Assembly (NCBI GenBank): GCA_009914755.4
Contig: CP068257.2
Coordinates: 41,792,001 to 41,856,000 of the forward strand
Direction: 5' to 3'
DNA: 64,000 nucleotides
DNA from: the human T2T-CHM13v2.0 reference genome, Homo sapiens
Part shown: one piece after another, positions 22,601 through 37,513 of the stretch
Layout: every line of letters begins with the position of its first letter
Position numbering within the stretch: the first letter of the stretch is position 1
Translations under genes and position numbers: made by a program
Notes under the pieces: generated by a model
Database searches by the model: none
The model's input: only the letters and a program-made list of their open reading frames with translations
What the model was told of the DNA's origin: nothing

Positions 22601-25254
22601 AAATCCCACTCGCTGGAGCCATATTCAGAGTGGAGCCTAAATCTCTCTCCACCACTGCAAAATCCCACTGCCCTGGTCCCAGCACCCACCGCACTGGTCC
22701 TGAGTAGTCCCCTTCCGGTCTTTAGCAAAGATCATTGAATAAATTTCCTTTCATGTCAGGCACACCCTTAAATGCAGACGTGTGTCCTGGGAGGATTACC
22801 AACACTCCCCCGGCCCTGCACATCAGCTGTGGAAGGTGAGATTGGGAAGTGCTGGCCTCCTTGCCAAGGCTTCAGCCTCCATTTCTGCTTTTCAGGTCAT
22901 GTTCGAACACTGGGGGTCCCAGGAGACCCACCCAGACCAGGCCCCTCTCAGGGTGGGAAGAGCGTGGAGCAAGAGGAGGAGGCTCGGCCCAGGACGTTGG
23001 CCACAGGCTGACCCGTGCAGGGGGCAAGGGCTTAAGACGGCCCCATCTTCCACTCCAAGTGTGGTCTCAATCTTGTTGGCCAGTTTATGAAAGTCAAGCC
23101 TACTGACTCAGTCAGGGTCTTGGCAGGAAGGAGGCCAGGGCGCAGACAGAGATAGGGATCGCTCCAGGGGTGTGTGGCCCTGGGCTGTGGGGCAGTCCTG
23201 GAGCACCTCCACCCCAGCCTGCAGAACACCCAGGCGGAGCAGGAGCAGAGCTGGGCTGTGTAGGGGTTAGGGGACACGGCCAGCCCGCAACCCCAGCTCC
23301 CCTCCATCTGCCTCCAGTTTCCAGCCAGGGCCCCCTCTGCCAAACCTGGCCCGAGGCAGGGGCCAGGGCTCTGTCTACTGGGGCCACAGGGAGGGTGGGG
23401 AGGGGGCCGGAGCTCCCAGGGCAAGGGGAGGGGCCACCCCCACCCCGTCACGCGCATGGAGGAGGAGGAGGAGCCCACACTGCCCCAGCGTCCACCCCAC
23501 GCCTACACCAGCCCCACATGAGCTCGGGGGTCTCTGGGGGTCAGTGTCTGCAGCTACAGATGTGAGCACGCATGCGGGTGTGCAGGACCTTTGACCGCAG
23601 CCTCCCATGCACCCCTGGAAAGGTGCCTTGCCTCTCTCCCTCACTCGCCATGTGCAGGGCAGTGGGCGAGTCCCAGCCAGCATGGGCATCCCGCATTTCT
23701 CTGCTTCTGCAGCCCTGACTGACCATGGCCCCCCAAGTGGGCTCCAGCCCTCCAGGCACCTCCCCGTGCCGTGGTGCCCACCACAGGGCCTGGTCTCAGG
23801 GCTCCTCCAGGACTGGCCAAGTCCCCAGGCTCCTCCCCCACCCATGGGGGGAGAGGTGCACAGCACTGACGGGCCCCTGGGCCACTCATCTGAACTCTTG
23901 AGTCCTCCTAGAGCGGTGATCCCAGCCGGGCAGTTAGCTTGAGCGAGCCGAGTACTTACAGGATGTCACCAAACACAAGGTCCCAGCCCACATTCCATGA
24001 CCTCAGCACTGCTCACGACGTCCTCCTGAGTCCATGAACTTCTTGACGGTTCTCATGGCCTCCTCCTGTGGACAGGGCAGGGCCGGCAGGTGAGGCACCT
24101 GCACGCACACCTAGCTCGACTCCCCAGGCCCACCCTGCAGACCCTCGGCCCTCTCCCTTCTTCCCACCCACCACTCTGGAGACGGGGCCTCCGGTCCTGG
24201 CCGCCCCTGTGGAAGAATGAGGGTGAGCGAGGGGCTGGGTCAGCAGCACGGCAGTGGGGGAGCCACCCAGCCTCCTGGAGGAAGCGGCCGGGCAGCGCTG
24301 GCACCGTTCCACATCCCTGCTGGAGCAATGGGGCCAGCGTGGCCGCCCCACCCAGTCAGTGGTCCCCACCTGGCTGAGAGTCCCCAGGAGGCAGCACCCT
24401 CTTCCTGGGAAGTCAGGCAGGGTTCTATGCAGGAGCCGACACTCACAGGGCTACCACAGGCCTGTGCGGACCCCAAGAGCCAGGAAGCCGCCTGCCGATG
24501 GTCCCTCTTAGGGACTGGATCGCGGGCAGCTCAGACGGCACAGAGTGCTTCCGGGTCGCAGTGTCCTCATGTTGCGGAGGCCTGAGCTCCCTGGAGGAAA
24601 AGCAACACCTTCCAAGCCATGCGGCGGAACGCTGGTGAGGCTCAAAGCCCTGGAGGTGACAGCCCCCAGACAGAGGCGTGGACCGTGTTTCCCTGTCGGC
24701 CCCTCCTCCAACCCCTCCACCAACCGCTCCGCCAGTGGCAGGTTTCCCACCTGTCTCCCAGCCCCCTGGAACTCTCCCCGGGCCTGCCTCTGGCTGTTTG
24801 CTGGGCCCCCCGTGGGAGCAGCACAGCGGCTGAGTGCCTGGGCGTGGCCCTACTGCCTGTGGGTTTCCAACGGGAATTTAGAGTCTGAAGGCTGAGGACC
24901 CTAGGGGACCACCCATTAGGGCTGAGGGCTCTGGAAAGAAGTTCAGGACAAAGGAGTTTGGGGAGAGCGCTGGGCTCATTTTCCTGGGGCAGACAGAACC
25001 AAGTGCCCATCACGGTGCAGCTTGAACAGCAGGCGTTCGGCGCCTCTCAGTTCCGGAGGCCGGGGGTCCAAGGTCATGGTGTGGGCAGTGTGAGCCACCA
25101 CACCCAGCCCAAGTCCTTTATACATCTTCTCAGGGGGTCTGTGTCTTAAACAGGAAATATTCAAACGCCCTTTCTCTAACTGAAGTAGGTTTTCAGATTA
25201 CTTTTACGTTTATAAGATATTGTGGCTACTGACGGTTTATTTTTTGCAATTATA

Positions 25255-25700
25255 ACCGGCCCACTTTCCCGGGGTCTCCCTACACGTGCGGGGCGGGGGA
25301 GAGACTCCAGAGGGGGCTGCGGGAAACACAGGGGAGGGAGGCCTGGGGCTGGAGACGGCGGCCGCTCCTCATGCGTCAGGGGCCTCTTTCGGGCCGCCAT
25401 TGCCTTAGCAGCGCCAAGTTCTTTCTGGGGCAATCGCCGCTGTTGGTTTCATCTCCCAGCACTGCCCATTGGCCGCAGCACCTCCTGCCCCCACGGTGCA
25501 CTCCCTTCTGCGGTCATTTCCTTCCCTGGGGTGGAAGCAAGTGTAGAGCCAGCTCTTAGAGAGAGGCAGGCCAGCCATCTGCAGAGTGGGAACCCTCCTG
25601 GGCCCCCTTGCCCTCCCCACGTCCGAACCTGTCCCGTCCCCCATGGGCCCGCGCCCCCGCCAGCAACGGCATCCCACACTGTGCGCCTGGCCGTCTCACA
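25255..25700. promoter_or_regulatory. CpG-island-like block with CCAAT box (gcccattggccgcag) and GC boxes
   Basis: 'cacgtgcggggcgggggag...ggagacggcggccgctcctcatgcgtcagg...cgggccgccattgccttagcagcgccaag...caatcgccgctg...ctgcccattggccgcagcacc...gggcccgcgcccccgccagcaacggc'. CpG density far above surroundings. Sits 130 bp upstream of an Alu. Confidence 0.3.
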
Positions 25701-25830
25701 CACCCCACACTCTGGGCTGACCTTCAAAGGGAAGCTGCTGTTTAAATATTTAATCGTCCTTGGAGTGCCTGGACTTAATCATTAAGACCCTGAATCAAAA
25801 GAGGAAAAAAAGCATTTTAAAGATGACTGA

Positions 25831-26160
<330 letters not shown>

Positions 26161-29052
26161 GATGGCTGAAGCCTGTGAAAACACTGGGTTAGTGATGCTT
26201 GTATTCTCAGCCCTGCAGGGCTGCGGCACCTCCACCTCCGGCTTGGCCTCACACTGCTCCCGGGGTGTTCCCTTTGCTCTGGAGGCAGGGCTGTGCACCA
26301 GCCAGGCCTGAGACCCTGTCTGCCCTCCAGGACCTGCTGACCCTGCTAGATCTTCGGTCCTGCCTTGCCCAGCGGCCGACTGAACAGAGCCCCTGTGGGC
26401 CCTGCATGGCCACCAGGGGGCTACTCCACGGTGGGGTCAGGGGGCGAGCGTCCCCCTCCCCGTCTCGGGGAGGGACGCAGCTCCTGGCCTGCATGCGCCC
26501 ACCATGGACGGGGAAGGAAGGGGCGCCCCCTTCAGTGTGTGAACCCCCAGCAATCCCCTCTGCGGGGACCGCATGTTTTCTATACAGAAAGAACTTAGCT
26601 CACCAGGGACATTTTGCTGAAACAGCTTGTAAAGGATGGCGCCTGGCTGGTGCCTCTGCCTGCTATGGGGTGCGGGAGGCAATGTGGGAAGCTCCGTACT
26701 CTCTGATCGATGTATCGGTAAAATGAAAACTGCTCTAAAAAGTAGTCTTTTAACTTAAAAGAAAAAAGGAGAATAATTAGGCCAAGGGCTTGGCCATTTT
26801 CTGAACAAGTCTAGTTTTGTGGGTTTCCAGCTGCCTCTCTGAGTCTCCTTCTGGGCCCCTGCAGACACAGCCCCCTCCTGGGGTAGGGGCGACCTGCCCT
26901 GAGCAGTCTGTGCCCCGGGCTCCCAGAGCTGCCAGTGTGTCCAGGCTCTCCCCAGCTATCCGACTCCTGGGGAGCCTGCCAGGCCGGCAGTGGGTGGGTA
27001 TTTGCTTGCATTTGCTTTGACAAATCGCCACTCTGTGTGGAGGTGCCAGGAGCGTGATTTACTGGGTGTGTGATGACTACGGCTCCCGTAGCCAGGCCTG
27101 CCCATCAAGCAGTGCTTTTGGCTTTCAGTGAGGGGTGGACTTTGCCGCGGGGGATTGCCGGCTAGCTGATCAGGACCCCAAGTCCTAAGAGGCACCGTGT
27201 CCACTCCACCTGCCCACGGGAGCTCCGTGCCCAGCGGTGGGCCCAGAGGGACGACGACCTCCTGTAGAGGGGGCCCCCACCAGTCCTAGCAGCCAAAGGT
27301 GCTCGAAGAGTGAAAGGACATGCCACACTGTCCTCCTAACAGCAGTGACCAGGGCAGGAGAGCTGCTATTTCTGGCCTACGGCCCATTTTTCAGAGTCAA
27401 TTCATTTTCTAGGCAGACACACACATTCCTACAACTCTTTTCTCCAGATCATTCCTTCAGCCAGCTGGTTCTCCACCGGGATTCCAGGAAAGAATGAGGC
27501 CTTGCAAAATGCTCTGAATGGCTGTTCCCACCAAAGGTGGTGGGAGCCAAGCCCTTTCCAGGTACAGAGGGAAAGAAGGTGGTTTCGTGGGGTCTTGGCG
27601 TCAGCTCCACTCCCTCCCAGATCACTAGTGCGAAGAGACATGCCAGGCCTCTCCTCTAGGACAAAAACTAGTGTTTCTCTTGGATTCACTGAAACAAGCT
27701 GGGCTGCCCCTTCTTACAGATGGGGCTTGGGGCCCGTGGAGGGGAAGGGCCTGCGAGGTCCTGTTGGTGATAACCAGGCCAGCCGAGAGCCCGGGAAAGG
27801 GCCTGTCCTCAGTCTGTGCCTTGGTGTCCTCCCACCCAGCCACAAAGGGACTCACTCAAGGTCACAGGGCTGCAGCGGGCTGCGTTCAACCCAGTGGCCC
27901 CCACACACTCCTTCAAGGACCAGCATCCCATGCCCAGCTTCTGCCACTTCCTCTCTGGGCCTGTGCCCAGCAGCAGGACAACCCTTGCCACAGGCAGAGC
28001 AGCCCCGCACTCTAGTCCATTGAAAAGCCTGGTGAGATGCCAGGCCAGGCCATGAGCGCGGAGCCTGGTGGCGCGTGTCAGGAGGCGGCGGTGGCAACCT
28101 TGACGGTGGTGGTCCTGACTCAGGAGTCTGACTCACAAGGACTCCAGAGGAAGCAACTGACAAAACGTGTCTCCCGACGGGAGGGTGGCCCAGCTGTGAG
28201 GGCGTCTCCACCACCTCACCATCATCGTCAGAGCCACAGGATTTGGGGGACAGAGGAACATGGTAGACGACACTACAGAGACAGCCAGCAGAACCCAGAG
28301 TGTCGGAAATTCTACAGGACAAACAAAGGACCAGGTTTCTTCAACAGATAAACGATGAGTGATGTGTGTGTGTTGGGGGGGGTGGGGGGGACGGAAGCTC
28401 TGGGCATTCCGGAGGGACTTCAGAGTCACAGAGAGCCTTGGACTTCGTACTCAAACAAACCAACTCTGAAAAGACAGGAGACAACCAGGGAAATTTCAAC
28501 ACTGCTAGCAGATTATCACAAAGAATTCAAGGGTCGTGTTTTAGGTGTGATAACGGTAGCACAGTTATTTTTTTTGGAAGAGTCCCTATTCTGTACAGCC
28601 ACGCACTGAGGTATTTCTCTGATGAAATAAGGTCAGGGATTGCTTTAAAAGACTCCAGGGAGAGGAGGGGTAAGGGGCAGTGGATCGGGGGAGGGAAGAA
28701 GGCTTATAGGTCAGATGGGGCTGCCATGATACTGCTCCCTCTCAAGTTCTTGATGTTTAGAAAAAATGTATGATAAAAAGTTAAAGGTATATGGCCAAAA
28801 ATTAACAATAATCACAAAAACAAGCCTGTCCTTACAGTGAGGCCAAACTCTTTCCTGTCTTCTAACTCTAGCCCAGGGGTCAAAAACAAAGGGAGGACCA
28901 CAGGCCCCAGGGAGGCGCAGGAGGAAAATATTAATACTGTCCTTTCAAAATCTCATCTTTTAAAAGTATTTAAAATGCCCATATTCTATAATCTATGTAA
29001 TATTTTACTATTAGCTAGTCCATTTGACAAGTGTTAAAAAATCAATGTATCA

Positions 29053-29353
<301 letters not shown>

Positions 29354-30940
29354 TCAATGTGTGTACATGTATCGGGAGTGTGCACTCAAACTTTTGATTG
29401 TTAAAGGAGGGTTTTCACAAAAGCTGGGAGACCACCCTTCTAGAACCCTGCCCTTGTAGGTCCAAGGCTACGCGCCCTGGCAGACTTCCATGAGCTGCGA
29501 CCACCAGCCACCAAGACGGTGTGCCCAGCCAACCCTGGTCCCCAGCTAGCTCTGACCCCTGCCCTGCCAGCATCACCCTGAGATTCTTCTGCAAATTACA
29601 GTCTTCTCAGACTGTCTGTCGACCCTGGGGTCTCAATGCTGGGTTCTCAACAGGCAGAACCACAGGGCTGCATTGCGGGTTGTCTTTGAAAAATGACCTG
29701 CCAATAGAAAGTTGGGGACGAAAGCCCTCCAACAGTCTGTCCAAGCGACCCCCAAGAGAAACCACAGTGGGGTGCTGGAGGGTCCCCAACGAGGCACCCC
29801 CCCCCCCCCGACCACCCTGCTGTTACTTCCACCCACATCGAAGTCCTAGGGTCTCTTCTAATTTCCTACTTGGCCGTGCCTGAAATGCCACTTCCAAAAC
29901 CCGCATTCCTATGGTTGCAGAGGCCACAAGGGAGGGCCCTCGTGGTATTTTTTCAGGACCCAAAACCACGAAGATGCCAAGAATCACAACTTTCACACAA
30001 AGGACACACTTTCTTTGATGGAATCTTCAGATCACACATCACAAAGGCAGCACGCCATCAGTCTTTGAAATGTCCCAAAACACGTAAAGAATGTTCCGCT
30101 GCAGATCCGGCTTGTTTCACGGGTGTGTGGCCTCCTCTTCCGAAGTCATTTCATTCTTCGGGGTCTTTGACACGCTCTGGCAACAAGCGCGGAGAGGTGA
30201 ACGGGGCAGCGTTTGTGCTGAGAGTGGGCTGAGAGCGCCGCCCTGCCCACTCCGGCCTGGGGCATCCCATCTCTGCCAGGTTCTGGGCTTTGCATTTTCT
30301 TTTCATTTCATTCTTCCCAGGCAAGAGCACAAGGAAACAAGCAGAAGGAATTCAGAGAAACAGCTCCAGGCTCCAGCTCAAAGGCCGACACCAAAAGCGA
30401 ACACCTCTGGGCGCTCTTGCCTTCAAGAAGGTGGGGAGGCTCACAGACGCAGCATCCACCCCTCGCAGGGAACCTCAGTTCCTGGCCTGTGGTCCCATGA
30501 AGGACATCAGGCTGGCAGATTGGAGCACACCCCTTCTTTCTAACCCCTCTTGAAAGCTTCCTTGAATCTGCCAGTCCTGCCCCCTGGAGCAGGAAGGAAA
30601 ACAGAAGGCCTAGGACGCTAGAGGGGTCCCGAGCTTTCCGGAGCTCCAGCCACCATCAGGTCTGACTGCTCAGGGACAGACACACCGACCACATCCTGAC
30701 CTCAGGATGACCTGCGGAAGTACTTGGCATTTCTTCTTAGCCAAATCCCTTCATTAAAAGACGGGTGAGGGTTCCAGCGCTGCCCTCTTCCTTCTCAAAA
30801 CTCTTATTTCAGGGCTGAAGCCCAGACGTCCAGCCCGTCAGAAATCCCCTTAGCCTGAGCTTGGCACCCAGAAGCTAGAGAGTAAATGCACAGGGGCCGG
30901 GGTCTGAGCCCTTCCGCAAGGATGGGGATGGGGGCCACAA

Positions 30941-32107
30941 TCCACACACACCACACCACAAACCACACACCACACACCCACACACCACACACACCACACC
31001 ACAAACCACACACCACACATCACACAGCACACCACACACACACACCACACACACCACACACCACATACACACCACACACCACACACACACCAAACACACC
31101 ACACACACCACACACCACACACACGCACCACACACCACACACACCACACACCACACACACACACCACACACACCACACTCACACCACACACACACCACAC
31201 ACACCACACCCACACACACCACACACACCACAAACCATACACACAGCACACACCACACCACACACAACCATACCACACACACCATACCACAAACCACACA
31301 CAACACACCACATACCACACACCACAAACCACACACACCACAAACCACACACACCACACACACCACCCACACCACACACCCCTCACTCACCACATACACA
31401 CCAACCACCACATACCACACACACCACACCACGCACCACCCCATGTCACACACACATCACATCACACACACCACACGCCACACCACACACACCTCACACC
31501 CAAATCACATATCACACACAGACACCACATACCTCACAACACACATCATAACACCACACACACCATATATCACACACACACACACACCACATATTACACA
31601 CCACACATATCACACTACACACCTCATACCACACACCATATACCACACACACGGCACCAAATATCACCCACACATCACACAACACATACTTCACACATAC
31701 ACCACATACCCCACACCACACACTACACATCACACACCTCACACTACATACCTCATACACACCACACACCACACACCCCACATACCTCCCACACACACCA
31801 TACACACACACTAGATCTCAAACATAACATACACCACATACCTCACACCCCCCCGACACTATACAGCTCACATATACACAACACACACCTACCTTACACA
31901 CATGCCACACACTCCACATCCCTTACACACAATCAGTATATATCACACATACACAATACATTCCTCACACCCCACATACCTCACACAACCACATACACTA
32001 CACACACATCGCACACTACCTCACACACATACTGCATACCTCACACATACATTTCACACACACCACACACCTCACACACAGTGCACACACACCACACCCC
32101 TCACACG
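30941..32107. repeat. Large degenerate CA-strand minisatellite: nearly pure (CACACC/CACAAACC)n for about 500 bp, then increasingly degenerate (CACA[CT][CA]...) for about 650 bp
   Basis: Read directly. Example: 'ccacacacaccacaccacaaaccacacaccacacacccacacaccacacacaccacaccacaaacc...'. Six-frame ORFs across it are H/T/P-rich translation artefacts. Confidence 0.9.
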
Positions 32108-32126
32108 TTTCCTTGCAGAGCCGTAT

Positions 32127-32265
32127 TGTGTGTGTGTGTGGTGTGTTCATGTGTGTACTTGTGTGTATATGGGGTGTGTGGTATGTTCGTGTGTGTACTT
32201 GTGTGTATATGGGGTGTGTGGTGTGTATATGTGTGTGGGGTATGTGTGTGTGTGGTGTGTGCGTG
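32127..32265. repeat. GT-strand block, reverse-complement type of the preceding CA array; contains a 40-bp unit x2 (tt[cg][ag]tgtgtgtacttgtgtgtatatggggtgtgtggt[ag]tg)
   Basis: 'tgtgtgtgtgtgtggtgtgttcatgtgtgtacttgtgtgtatatggggtgtgtggtatgttcgtgtgtgtacttgtgtgtatatggggtgtgtggtgtgtatatgtgtgtggggtatgtgtgtgtgtggtgtgtgcgtg'. Lies 20 bp after the CA array ends. Confidence 0.8.
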
Positions 32266-35200
32266 TCCTGCTCATGCAGAGTGTCCGCAACCACTTCTCG
32301 CCTCCTCTGTCCCACCCGCCCAACCCCCTGGCACTCCTGTGGACTATGACCCCCTGAAGCCACAAACCCCGAGCTGAGCTAAACCACTGCTCGAGGTGCG
32401 GGGTGCGCAGCACTCCACAGCCCGTTGCATTTCCACGTCGCAAATCCTCAGGGAGCATTTCCTTGGAGATACAAGAAGTGCATCCACGTGTTCCCAAGTC
32501 CTTTCGCTCAGGGAGTGCCGACTGGTGTCGGCCTTCCAGAAATGACTTTCTAAGCACTTCCATCCCACGCAGACCTGCTTCCTGAAGCCCAGCCTGGTCT
32601 CTCTGTGCCCGTGTGTCATCCTTGCCCACTCTTACATGCTGCGAGGCTGGCTGTGTCTGCAGCCGCAGCCATCAGAGGCCTGGAGGTAGCAGAAGCAGCT
32701 CTGGTGTGCGCTCAAAAGCTCCTTGCGGCTTGCTCCAGCCACTCACTTATCACCGTGTGGAGTAGAGGGTGTGTGTGTGAGTGCGGTGTGTGTGAAGCCA
32801 CACCAAACTCATTCCCAGCCTAGGGAGTGAGCCTCCTCTGGCCCGGGCTTAACAAACTCTGGTCAATGTGACCCACGCAGACAGCAAGAGGAGGGACGTC
32901 CACTCGCACAGACCCACTTGACCTGGGTGCAGCTGACTTCCTAGTCTTCCCTTCTATGAAACGATGACTTCTGTGGCATGCAGCCCTGCCCTGGCCCGCG
33001 GGGACACGCAAGCTTGGGACCCAGGAGAGCAATGACACCGGAAGGGCCAGGCCCTTTGCTGTCTTGGGGGTGCCAGGCCAGAACTCCAAGTCACCAAGCA
33101 AAGAGGGCCCCAGAGTCCCCTGTGGTCCCCAAACCTGGCCAAGGTTAGAGTCACCGAGGGGCCTGGACAGATGCCAGGGCCAGCCCAGGCCTGCCACGGC
33201 GGGGGAGACTGCCGGGAGGCGAGGCTGGGAGTCTCATCATCAAGCTTCCCGGGGCTCTTGCTGGCATCCCACCCAGGGTTTTAAGGGACATTTGGCAGCA
33301 GCTGGACTCCGAGGGAGGGGGTTGGGGGACGACCATGCATTTGTTCTGGGAATGCTCTTGCATGTGCCCGCATTGCCCCTCATGTCCCCATGTCCATGCC
33401 AGGTGGACAGCGTGTCCACCAAGGCCCTGACTGCACAGCCAGCTGTGCTCTCGGGAGCATGCCACTCGGCCGGCTCTCCGGCCCTGACTCAGCTCAGGCA
33501 GGGGCTCAGCGCCCAGTCTGTGCTTGCAGGTCGTCGCTCAGGCCGGAGCCGAGGAGCTTCGCCAGGCCTGAGATACCTAGACAAGAAGTGCCAGCTCCAG
33601 TGCCTGGGGAGGCCAGGCAGGGACGTACGCCACGAGGGATGACGCGGGGTGGAGATGGTGGTGAACGCACAGAGTCATAACGCAGTGGCTTCCCACCTTC
33701 GCCATGTGGGAATGTGGCTCCAGGGAACTAGACTGGTCTGTGGCACTTCCTCTTTGAAAGGTAGGCCATTCCTCTAAAAGAGCTGGAGGCGTGGCAGGCC
33801 GGCAGCACAGGCACTAACAAGGCAACCAGCCACTGTCAGAGCACACCACACCTCTGTTCTCACCAACCTTTCAACTTACAGAAGAGGAGACGGCCTCGAG
33901 ACCCAGTGTGCGTGACCAGTTCCACGTGCCACTAGCGCCAGCCGCCTAGAACTCCAAGAGAGGAAAGCAAGAGCTCCCTTGCCATGCGTTTGCTCAGAAC
34001 TTTAATTTTTTCTCCTCAAGGAAAGTAAAAGAAACAGGTCTTCCTTCCACTGTGCAGGCAGTCAGCGAGCTCCTGCAGGTCCTGCTCTGTAAGCAGAAAG
34101 CTGGAGGCTGCACCCCAGATCAAGGCCCTCACACCTCAAAGGTTCTCACGGAGGCCTCGTCTCTGCCCCGCATCTCCAGAATGTGCTTGCTGGTCAGAGA
34201 AGAGTCCAGTGTGGCTCAGACAAACACAATCACCTTTCCCAGCAGCCAGGTCCATTCTCTGACAACATCCCACTGGGCACAGCCACACTGACTCCTGCTG
34301 CCACTGCAGCCACACCTGGGCCTCTCCTCCCCTGCACCAAGCATGGCAACCCTCTAGGCCATGGCCTCACCTGCCATTACCCCCTGGCCCCATTACCCCT
34401 GCCCCCAGCTCCGCATGTCAGGTTTGCTGCCCTGTCCTGCCTAGAACGCTCCGCAGGCTGCTGTCTCTGTACCCCCTCCTGCCGAATAACGACTGTTGGC
34501 GGCTCTGTGGGTTCATGTGCTTCGGAATTAAACCACAGGGCCTGCTTCTCATTGCCACTGATGCTCGGCTTCCAAGCCCCCATCGCCACCCACCAATGGC
34601 TATTCAGTGTCCGCAATGACAAGAACACCCTGGATACTCCCAGATCGGCTGGCTGTGATGGTGCTCACAGGCCCAGGCAAGAGCCAGCCCCAGATGGGCC
34701 CATAGTGCTGCTCTGCTTAGAGCCAATGCCTGCACCAGGCAGCTACCCTGGAGGTGCCCCTGTGAGTGGGCATAGGCAGGTACACCCCCAGCAGTGGCAG
34801 GTGCAGCATCTCGGGCAGTCGGGGGGCATCCGCACAGGCCTGGGTGCAAACTGCGGCAAATCCCATGATTCTGCATACAAGAAGGGTGGGGACGTGTGTT
34901 TTCCAGGGGAAATGGTCCCTGTCGTGCATCAGATTCTCAAAGGGGTCCAGCACCCAAACAAGTGCAGGGGTCACTGGGGGACACTGGTGCAACAGAAGCA
35001 GCCCTGGACTGGGAGTCGGGGCCCCACTGCCGACCAGCTCCACCCTAAAAACTCATCACTCACCCTCGTGTTTCCTAGCAGATAGTGGGAAGAGATGCAG
35101 GCCCATCGTGTGCACAGAGGTTCAGAGTGAGCGCACTGTGAGTGGAAACTGTCACGCAAGCCTCGGGCATGACGTCCTTCCCAGACATTCTTTCCCATCG

Positions 35201-35475
35201 GGCTTCTCGATCCGGGGTGTTGGTGCCTCCCAGGGGTCTGCGGCACCTGTGAAGCAGCAGCAGAGCCACTTCGTCATGGTCCACTGTGATGGTTAGCTCT
35301 GTCTCCTCCTGGCTGGGGCTGGGATGCATGACAGCTGGGGAGATATTACTTCTGGGGGATCTGTGAGGGTGCTTCCGGGTGAGATCAGCGTTTGAACTGG
35401 CCTCAGGAAGCCAGACGCCCCTCCCGGTGTGGGTGGAATCATTTAACCCAGTGAGGGCCTGACTAGAACAAAAAA

Positions 35476-35694
35476 GGCAGAGGAAGGGAGAGCTGGCTCT
35501 GAGAGCTGAGACTTCATCTCCTCCTGGGATCAGACAGCAGCGCTCAGCTCTCAGGCCTGCTGCCGTGGATGGAATTACACCCCAGGCAGAGGAAGGGAGA
35601 GCTGGCTCTCAGAGCTGAGACACCATCTCCTGCTGAGCTCAGGTACTGGCCTCAGCTCTCAGGCCTGCGCCATGGATGGAATTACACCCCAGGC
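35476..35694. repeat. Tandem duplication, about 109-bp unit x2 (about 90% identical)
   Basis: Unit 'aggcagaggaagggagagctggctct[gc]agagctgagac[ta][tc]catctcct[c/g]ctg[g/a]...cagctctcaggcctg...ggatggaattacacccc' occurs twice back to back. Confidence 0.85.
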
Positions 35695-36464
35695 TTTCTT
35701 GGTTCTCCCACTTGCAGATGGCAGCTCATGGAATTTCTCAGCCTCTGTAACTGCATGCGCCAATTCCTGTAATAATGCCTCTTCTCTTAGGTATCTATAT
35801 CCATCTCTGTGTCTGCATCTCCTATAGGCTCTGCTTCGCTGGAGAACCCTGACTAGTACAGGCCATCTTCCTGGGGTACAGGCCATCTTCCTGTGTGGGA
35901 AGTCAAGGCAGGAGCAGAAGGTGGCTAAGTGAATATTTAACCACTATGCAACTATATTGAAACATATACACATCAAGGGTGGCAAGGGCAGGCAGGCCAC
36001 AAGGATGGCTGCCAGAGGCCACCATGGCACTTCCCCCCAATACCAGGAGCAAATGATGGACTCGGCCATACCCTACAACCATCCTGGGGTATGGGCTGGA
36101 ACCCCCAGGGAGAGGCGGGCAGCAGAAAGCCTGCAGGCCCCCAGCTTTGTACCATGAGAGGTGTGTGGGGCCCAGGTCCAGGTGAGCATCGTGGCTGTCC
36201 TCCAGGAGTGGCGCCTGGCCCGCTCGCTGCTCTCTCACTTCATGGTACTTGGGGAGGGGCAGAGAGCACCCTACAGAGACAACACTGGCTTCGGGACGCA
36301 CCCACAGCCACCCAGGAAAAGCCTTGAGAGCACAATGAGATGGAGACCACAGCCCCCAGGAGAGAAGACAAAACTTGAGATCTGGCTCTGACTGAATTGA
36401 CTGCCGCCAAAACAATGAACAGAAATCAACATTTTCCAGCAGATTTTAACAAGAATCTACACTA

Positions 36465-36899
<435 letters not shown>

Positions 36900-37115
36900 T
36901 CACAACTGTGCTCCACATGGTAAAAGAAACCACGAGTGAAGCAGATGGAAGGACAGAAATTCTCAGTAGGTAAATGGAAACTACAAAAAAGAACTAAATA
37001 GAAATTTCAGAACTCAAAGATATGATACCTGAGAAATTGTTTTTTTTTAATGGACAGACCTAATAGCAGAATGTCAGTGACAGAGGAAAGAATCTGTGAA
37101 CTTATACATGGATCA

Positions 37116-37513
<398 letters not shown>

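Noticed and set aside
30886-31551. 221-aa ORF (plus) and overlapping 178/192-aa ORFs (minus) rich in His/Thr/Pro or Cys/Val/Trp; similar ORFs at 6251-6825 and 63171-63795
   Set aside because: They are read-through translations of the CACACC/GTGTGG arrays (CAC=His, ACC=Thr, ACA=Thr; GTG=Val, TGG=Trp, TGT=Cys). They have no start context, and every frame on both strands is open, as expected for a stop-free simple repeat.
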